A DNA stretch of 64,000 bases from Octopus vulgaris (taxonomy: Eukaryota), in the NCBI GenBank assembly GCA_951406725.2, contig OX597814.1, positions 160,208,001-160,272,000 of the forward strand, given 5' to 3'. Below, in pieces: positions 56,635-64,000 of the stretch; position 1 is the stretch's first letter; the number at the start of each line of letters is the position of its first letter. The notes beneath the pieces are model-generated. The model was not told where the DNA came from. It ran no database searches and saw nothing but the letters and a program-made list of their open reading frames with translations. The position numbers and the translations under genes were made by a program.

Positions 56635-57480
56635 TATGAAAGCTCTCAAGAAGGCATTGTTTCTGATGTCAACAGCTAATAATTATCTCTGATCTCCAAC
56701 AAAATATCGCTAGCTATTTTAGTGTCTGAAACTTAATTGTTAGGCTTAGCCTGTAGTTGGGACTTCCAACAAGTTAGGGAGGGGCTTTATCTCTAATGTT
56801 CTAGTTATTGGAGTACTTTCCAATCTACATTGTTTAAATTCTTCAGCGAATTGCAACGTAAAGGTGGAAGATTTCTTGTCAGTTGACCTGAATCTGTGTG
56901 GATTCTTGTATACTGTCTTTCGAATCTTTTCGTGATAAATCTTATCTAATACATTCCCATAACATCCGAAGTTGTTCTAGAAGTTCTATAAATCCTCCCT
57001 TCGGGCAGGTTCGATTCTCTGAGAGATTTTGTGCAATTATGAGTTGGCTGTAAAGGTAAAAGCTGACATTGTGAATGTTTTCGGTTGAGTTGAGTGATTT
57101 TAGAGGCGGTGGCATTTAGCGAGAAATAACTCTTATTAAAGTTATTTTGGTTAAAGAGCTTGTATTTGTGCATCAGTGGAAAATTTTGCTTTACTGCAGA
57201 TGGGAACACATGGCAATATAGGTGCCTAAGTTTATGCTATATTGTGAATTAGATCAGGCTATCTTCATCCTACAGGTTCTTTTCTGTCATGTGTGTAGGG
57301 GGATTGTTGTTGGTATTACAGCATCTTGCTGTATCATTATATATGGGTGGCCTTGTTAAAAATGTACTTGTCTTAGAATAGATCGAAGACTATTACTTAT
57401 TCCAGCAGCAAAGTCTCTTATAATGTCTGAGAATTTCTTTCATGTCAGTATATGACATCTGTATTTATCTTTCTTCTGAA
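56635..57480 (-). mobile_element. Decayed Penelope-like element, C-terminal (GIY-YIG-region) relic
   Basis: Broken minus-strand frames: FRSTDKKSST..SLKNLNNVDWKVL..C*HQKQCLL and YTDMKEILRHY, resembling PLE motifs SFR..STxLS..LK..IxWxIL..CRH..LL and SYSCMxNMxxII. Confidence 0.5.
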
Positions 57481-57860
57481 AGTTAGCCAACGTTATTTTG
57501 GTGCTATTCATGAGAACGTTCGAGATATAGCTTGAACGGTTTCATATTATTATTCAGAATGTTGAACAATTCATTAGGCTGGTGTTGAAGTTTAACACCT
57601 TATCAGAATGCATTCAGGCTTTTTGAAGACCTGAATATGCGGGATACCACTCATGTGTTTCAAGTCCGTAATTGGCTGTAGTATTCCCTGTGATCTGTTT
57701 CTTGCAGAATAATGCATTCTGTGACATCTGCTTCGTTACGCTTTCAGATTTTTTTCGTGAGGCGCATTAATCTTGTTTATATATTCATACATGCATATAT
57801 AGTTACACACGCGTGCACACCCGTAAATATATATAAATGTTTTATGTTCTTTTAGTCAAG

Positions 57861-58074
57861 ACAATGCATGTTATAAGAAATAATAAAAGTCGATGGTATG
57901 TACTTTTACTTCGTATTTCAATATTTCGGAGATAGAAACCCTTCTTCAGGAAATCTTTGGAAAAACAGTGTTGTAAACTGACTCCTCTGAGGAAAGGATA
58001 CTAAACCCAAAATATTGAAATACATGATAATATAAAAGCCATCGACTTGACTTATTTCTTATAACTTGCATTGT
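57861..58074. mobile_element. Fold-back element with ~88-bp inverted arms, each carrying a hammerhead-like core
   Basis: acaatgcatgttataagaaataa..gtcgatgg..gtatttcaatattt / aaatattgaaatac..ccatcgac..ttatttcttataacttgcattgt. Confidence 0.75.
57915..57954 (-). ncRNA. Candidate minimal type-I hammerhead ribozyme
   Basis: AUUUC-CUGAAGA-A-GGG-UUUCUAUC-UCC-GAAA-UA-U-U-GAAAU: perfect 5-bp stem I, intact core, palindromic AAUAUU stem III. Confidence 0.6.
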
Positions 58075-58276
58075 TTTGGTTTTAAAAAATGAAAAACACT
58101 TGGGTGTATGCATCGACAGCTCAACCAAGACACCAACACAACATATTTACAAACACCGGGAAGTCTCTTAACTCAAAAAGTCTTGTTGCTTTGTTGACTT
58201 GAACTCTTTTAAGAATAACTTAGATAAAACTCATACATATATACATACATAAATATATACAAACATACATCGCTAG

Positions 58277-58313
<37 letters not shown>

Positions 58314-58484
58314 TGTGTGTATATATGCATATATAGAGTATATGCGCGTGTGTATATATAAGATTTTGCTCAAACCATAGCAATACGAATAATTAGTTGT
58401 TAGAACTCAGTATATTTATATACTTCAGAGTAAATCAGCAGATAAGTACGGACCGTGATGTTAATTAATGATAAATCATATCCC

Positions 58485-58615
58485 GCCGAGCTTGACGTTA
58501 CATTTCATTCTCTGGGAGTCGATAAAATAAGTAACATTTGAGCACTAGGTTTGATATAATTGACTAAGCCCAACCCCTGAAATTGCTGGTCTTGTACCAA
58601 AATTTGAAACCAATG
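58485..58615 (+). mobile_element. SINE family B 3' part (diverged)
   Basis: gccgagcttgacgttacatttcattctctgggagtcgataaaataagta. Confidence 0.65.
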
Positions 58616-58701
58616 TTAATGAATAAACAAATGACAGCAGAACAGGAATTCTATAATTGCTTTCATTACATATCCACTGTTCTACTATCATCCATTTATA
58701 A

Positions 58702-58741
<40 letters not shown>

Positions 58742-59541
58742 GTATATATATCAGCATACACATACACGCACATATGCAAATCGGAAACATCGAACCACAT
58801 CGCAAAAGAACAAAAACGATTTATCTTGTTTCAGCGGAAGTGGTATCTTCTTGAATGCTCATTGTTTAGATTAGAATTGATCTTGACAAGTGAAAGCCGC
58901 AAGTAATTTCTTTTGCACATATTAGAGTGATAAAAAATATATAAAGAAATATCCATTTACGAACCGGTAACAATAGATAGCTCGTGTTTTACGCGTCTCG
59001 TAAAAATCGGTCAATACTGCACGGTTTGTAAATACCTGACTGCATTAGCCTTTGGCTCAGAATAAACGACGATCACTGTTAGTACACATATTACACAGCA
59101 TTCTGCGGTCTGTGTGTTTTGTGATTATGTATTTACATGTCTGTTTTACTTCCCTCCTCTCTATTTTGTGCGTCATTTACACAAACATCGATATTATGTA
59201 AACTTGCAAGTGCGTAAATTGTTGTTTTTCATAGTGTATTTTACGAGAACAAAATTGTAAGCTAATACTCAGATACATACACACAGAGACGTACTGATAC
59301 AGACGTGCATTTATACACACATACACTCACGTACGCACACACACATATATATGCATGAATGTACGTATATATATATATATATATATAAATGTATGTATGT
59401 ATGTATCTATGTATGGATATATATATAGTTGGCGCTTACAATAAATCTATGCATATTCACATATATGAATATGCTGAGAGATTAATATTATTTAATAATA
59501 TAATATAATATTATTTAAGACGGTATGTACTTTTTTAATAG

Positions 59542-59634
59542 TTTCATGCGATGAAAACAACTCAGCATTTTATAACACGTGAAGGCACCAGACATGTTAT
59601 AAAATGCTGTCTGAGTTGTTTTCATCGCATGAAA
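59542..59634. repeat. Hairpin with a ~39-bp stem, one mismatch, a 4-nt bulge and an 11-nt loop
   Basis: tttcatgcgatgaaaacaactcagcattttataacacgt / acatgttataaaatgctg(tctg)agttgttttcatcgcatgaaa. Confidence 0.9.
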
Positions 59635-59652
59635 ATATATACTGTGTTTATT

Positions 59653-59704
<52 letters not shown>

Positions 59705-60708
59705 AGCTATGGGATGCGTGGGGACCACAAGTCAAAAATAGACCCAACGTTTCCTCTGTCGTGAAAACGAACTAAAAGAAGTTGAGTTAGGATTTGAATT
59801 CTGACCTCGTAAAACCATCACCAGTAACGAGTACCCAAATAAACCCATGGTCTGCTATGTATTTACGCACTCTTTTAATCAATTCACTACTAAAATTATT
59901 TTGTAACTGTCACATTAAGCAACCCTGCAATCGTTTTGTTCCATATACCTGAAACCAAAACCGAAACCTTACCAAATGAACTTCAATGAAATGTTACACA
60001 AACGAAATATACCCGATTATAAGAAAACTTGCATGGAAATGTAAACGGAACCTATTTCACTGAAAACGGAACCTATATCACTGAAAAACAACTCCCTACC
60101 TTAAAAGAAATATTCTTTGAATTTTTTTCTTTATATTTGACATTTACAGATTTCACCGCACATTGTAAACTGATGTTTATAGTTGTAATAACTAGTGTAC
60201 GAGTAATGTAAGCCAGGGTATATTGCACATAAAGACGTTCTCCTTTTCTCGTCCATGTTTATGTTCCTTAATATATAACTATCAAACCGGGTTTATCGTA
60301 TTTTTTTTTTATTGATATTGAAAGACTCTAATCCTTTACCACTTTTAATTTCTGTCGGCCGTTAACCGGAAGTGTCATAAGAAACCTACTTTTGTCAGAC
60401 GACAGCTGTGTGATATAAATCATTGAGCGTCGTAGTCGAATATATAGCTCCAGTTTTGAACTGATTTTATTGTTAAAATAATTTAAAATTTCCGGATTTT
60501 AACTTTGTATTAATTATTTGTTTCGTTATTTACTCTAGAAAAAAAAATAACGTCACTCGTAGATGTTTCTGTCTGATGAGGTTGATGTAGCTATGTTCAG
60601 CTTCGATGTCCGTAGGCACCGCTTTAAAGGATTTAGTCGAACAAATCGAACCCAGCCATTTATTTTTAAGTCTCGTACATTACTTCCCTGTATGTACGAT
60701 ACGATTGA

Positions 60709-60845
<137 letters not shown>

Positions 60846-61116
60846 TACGTGCACATGGAAAATATAAAAAGAACGTCTATTTGCCTTCTTTGTCCTCCCA
60901 GTCAGTCAAAGTTTTCTTATATACTGAAGCTGGTTTGAAGTTACACAATAATCACTTACAATTTATGGATTTTTTTGATATTTTTGTTTCTGCACATTTA
61001 GCTATCATATAAAAGTTACGACTCAGCAGCTTCCGTCTCAAATAACAGCAGAGAAATTATTTTTCAGTTACAAATCACATATAACCAAGGAAGCTCTCTC
61101 ATTTCACGTTGCAATC

Positions 61117-61331
<215 letters not shown>

Positions 61332-61846
61332 ACCATGAGTCAGTCCTAGCGGAATGACAATATTGTTGTTTAGCCAATAGTCGAGTAAAGTCGAATGATA
61401 AGTTACAAGAATGATAAGTCCCCGTCTTAAAATTGCCTCCATTTGTTTTTTTTTTTTGTTTATGTTCTACTTTAAGCTGGCAGAGTATTGCATTAAGGAA
61501 GATGAGGCTGTTATTTCAAGCATGTCGAGCGGCTATGTAAACTTTCCCTCGTTAACTCCGTTATTTCATATTATTATTTAACATAGGCAATTATGGTTTA
61601 TTTATTCTTTATGCTTTTCCAATAAATATATATAAATCAATGATATTATGACATTAAATTTCTTAGATACGTTACAGAGCAGTATCATAAATAATTAATA
61701 AAACAAAAATAAACTTTTATCTGTTATTTATATGCTAGTCATGATTTTTTGAGCGATAATGCTTATTTCATAAATTTATCACGCTGCAATGTTTTCTCTG
61801 GAACAAGATGTTGAGGACAGCTCCTGGAAGCAAACTTTATAAAATT

Positions 61847-62240
61847 ACTAGCAGTATCGCTAGGCGTTGCTCTGGTTTGTTTCGACCCTTTAGAATTGGA
61901 ATTTTTGAAAAGTAAAAATTTTGCATTATGTAGCTTGTTATTCTCTTTAAGTGAACCTTTTTTCTGGTTGAAATACACCGAAAAATGGAGACACAACAGT
62001 CAAGAAATCGCAAAAAATAGGGATTTTCATAGAAAAAAAGCACATTTTTGATGTAAATAATTAATGGTTTTAACATGGTCCGATTTGAATTTTATCTTCT
62101 AAGGAATGAAGCGCAAGCCTTCTTCTATCATACTCTCAATTTTGGTCAACTTGCGCCACAGGGTCTCAGAGGAGATAGTGTTAGTTGAAGGCTGCCAAAC
62201 CTGCCACACACAGACAACTTCAGCTTTATATATATATATA
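61847..62240 (+). mobile_element. Non-autonomous Helitron-like element
   Basis: Starts ACTAGCAGTATCGCTAGGCGTTGCTC; ends ..cacacacagacaacttcagctttatatata; same architecture as 31712-32590. Confidence 0.55.
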
Positions 62241-62399
62241 CTTTTTATCCCGTTTTTAGAGGGAAAGTACATGGTATTCAAGAAAATTGTATCAAAACCA
62301 GTATCTCCGAATGTGTATGTATGTATGTGCATGTATGTGTGTATGTGTTTGTGTGTTTACATGTCTGTACAAGTACGTGCATAGCCATACACAGCATAA

Positions 62400-62630
62400 T
62401 ACGCTGCCATGAATATAGCAACATTTGCCTATCAATTGGTGGGGGTGGTGGGGGCATGAAATTTCATATGAAAGTGCATGATGACCAACAAATGGTTCTT
62501 GTGGTTGTTGGGGACAATCGTGTATATAACATCTGTTCCAAAGAGTGTAGGTCACTTGCTGACCTGAAAAGTCACACCCGTGTTGTTGACACATGAGACC
62601 GAAATGCTTGAGAACAAGGAAGCAGTGATC

Positions 62631-62632
<2 letters not shown>
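62400..62632 (+). mobile_element. RTE-clade LINE 3' end with a (TATG)n tail
   Basis: Encodes VYNICSKECRSLADLKSHTRV (degenerate RTE C-terminal zinc finger), a short UTR, then a tetranucleotide tail. Confidence 0.6.
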
Positions 62633-62661
<29 letters not shown>

Positions 62662-62740
62662 TGTATGTATGTATGTATGTATGTATGTATGTATGTATGT
62701 ATGTATGTTTGTATGTATGTATGTTTATGCATGTATTTAG

Positions 62741-62780
<40 letters not shown>

Positions 62781-62792
62781 GTATATACACAC

Positions 62793-62796
<4 letters not shown>

Positions 62797-62857
<61 letters not shown>

Positions 62858-62897
62858 TAATAATAATAATAATGATAATAATAATAATAATAATAAT
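62797..62897. repeat. (TAA)n microsatellite
   Basis: Direct reading. Confidence 0.95.
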
Positions 62898-63106
62898 TGA
62901 TTAAGTAACCAGAAGATGGATTTGGTATTAGCCTTTATTTTTTCGACGAACGTTTCAACCTATCCTGCTACTGTTCCTTTGTGCATCATGTCGCATTGCA
63001 TCTATTTTGCAGTCTAGGTGACAACTGTGCATGACATCAGGTAGCCCAAACCGTGCCAGTGCTTTACTTAACATAATAACACACTAATCGACATATGCCC
63101 ATTAGT

Positions 63107-63168
<62 letters not shown>

Positions 63169-64000
63169 GCGCGCGCGCACACACACACACACATGTTTGT
63201 CTGTGCATGTTCAGCCTGGAGCGTACTCATGTGTGTCAATGTGTGTGCGCGCAAGCCCATACACCCAACACATATACATGCACACTTGCGCGCGCCCAGT
63301 TGACAGCGGCATCAACGTAATGGATCGGAGTTGAAATAACATCACTTCCCTTATGCGCATGCATTAAAGCATATGCTCGGGGACAGAGTGTGCAGGGAAT
63401 GTTCTTGTACCCGCTAAATTTTCTTGTGGTCGGGGAGCAATGAAAACGCTCTGAATATCCTAGACTGGACCTGGATATGCATCCACTAAGCAAACTTGGT
63501 TGCCGCACTTATGCATTAGAGTAACAGAAGTCAGCACAGAGACGTAATTTTAACCATACCAAGATAGGCGCAGAGGACACATCGAAAGGCTTACTGTAGT
63601 ATACTACTAAATGATAATCCCATATTCTTATCCATGTAAATTTATGTGATAATATCAAACATTTAAATTAGATATCCTTTTATATTCCAATAATAAATAA
63701 TATACGTAACATTTATAAATGGACCTCGAAACTAAAGCAAAGCGTTAACAGATAGCAAACGTAAAAGATAAAGATCAATTAAGCAAGCAATATTAAGTTG
63801 CATAATTCAAAGAACTGGTTTTTGTTTCACCGTGCCAGAGAAATATATTGGCAGAAATTGCGTAAAAGACTATCAGAATGCTCGAATCCTTTATTCACAG
63901 AACCAACCCCGTCGCAAACAGTACTGTCCTGAGTCTGCTTGAGAAAACATCAAGAATACAAGCGTCAGTGATTCCGCAGAACACGTAATCTGGACATTTA

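Overview
AT-rich eukaryotic non-coding DNA, probably a large intron or intergenic region of an octopus (coleoid cephalopod) genome. The taxon is inferred from tRNA-derived SINE families resembling octopus OK/OR-type SINEs and from extreme (TA)n/(CA)n/(TACA)n/(TAGA)n/(TAA)n microsatellite density. I cannot support any host protein-coding exon; almost all ORFs in the track are microsatellite translations. The window holds about 30 SINE copies or fragments from three families, plus decayed non-LTR retrotransposons: a CR1-like RT, an R4/Dong-like zinc-knuckle plus restriction-like endonuclease, two RTE 3' ends and a Penelope-like relic. It also holds Tc1/mariner MITEs, Helitron-like non-autonomous elements and a 7 x 56-bp tandem array. 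The most interesting signals are: (i) several unrelated short fold-back elements, some carrying minimal type-I hammerhead ribozyme cores of the Penelope type; (ii) a CR1-like LINE whose 3' stem-loop matches the tail of the dominant SINE with a compensatory change; (iii) two retroelement types sitting in (TAA)n arrays; (iv) near-perfect 39-47 bp hairpins and a tail-to-tail SINE pair that would give long dsRNA if transcribed. All alignments and folds were done by eye, and repeat boundaries are approximate.
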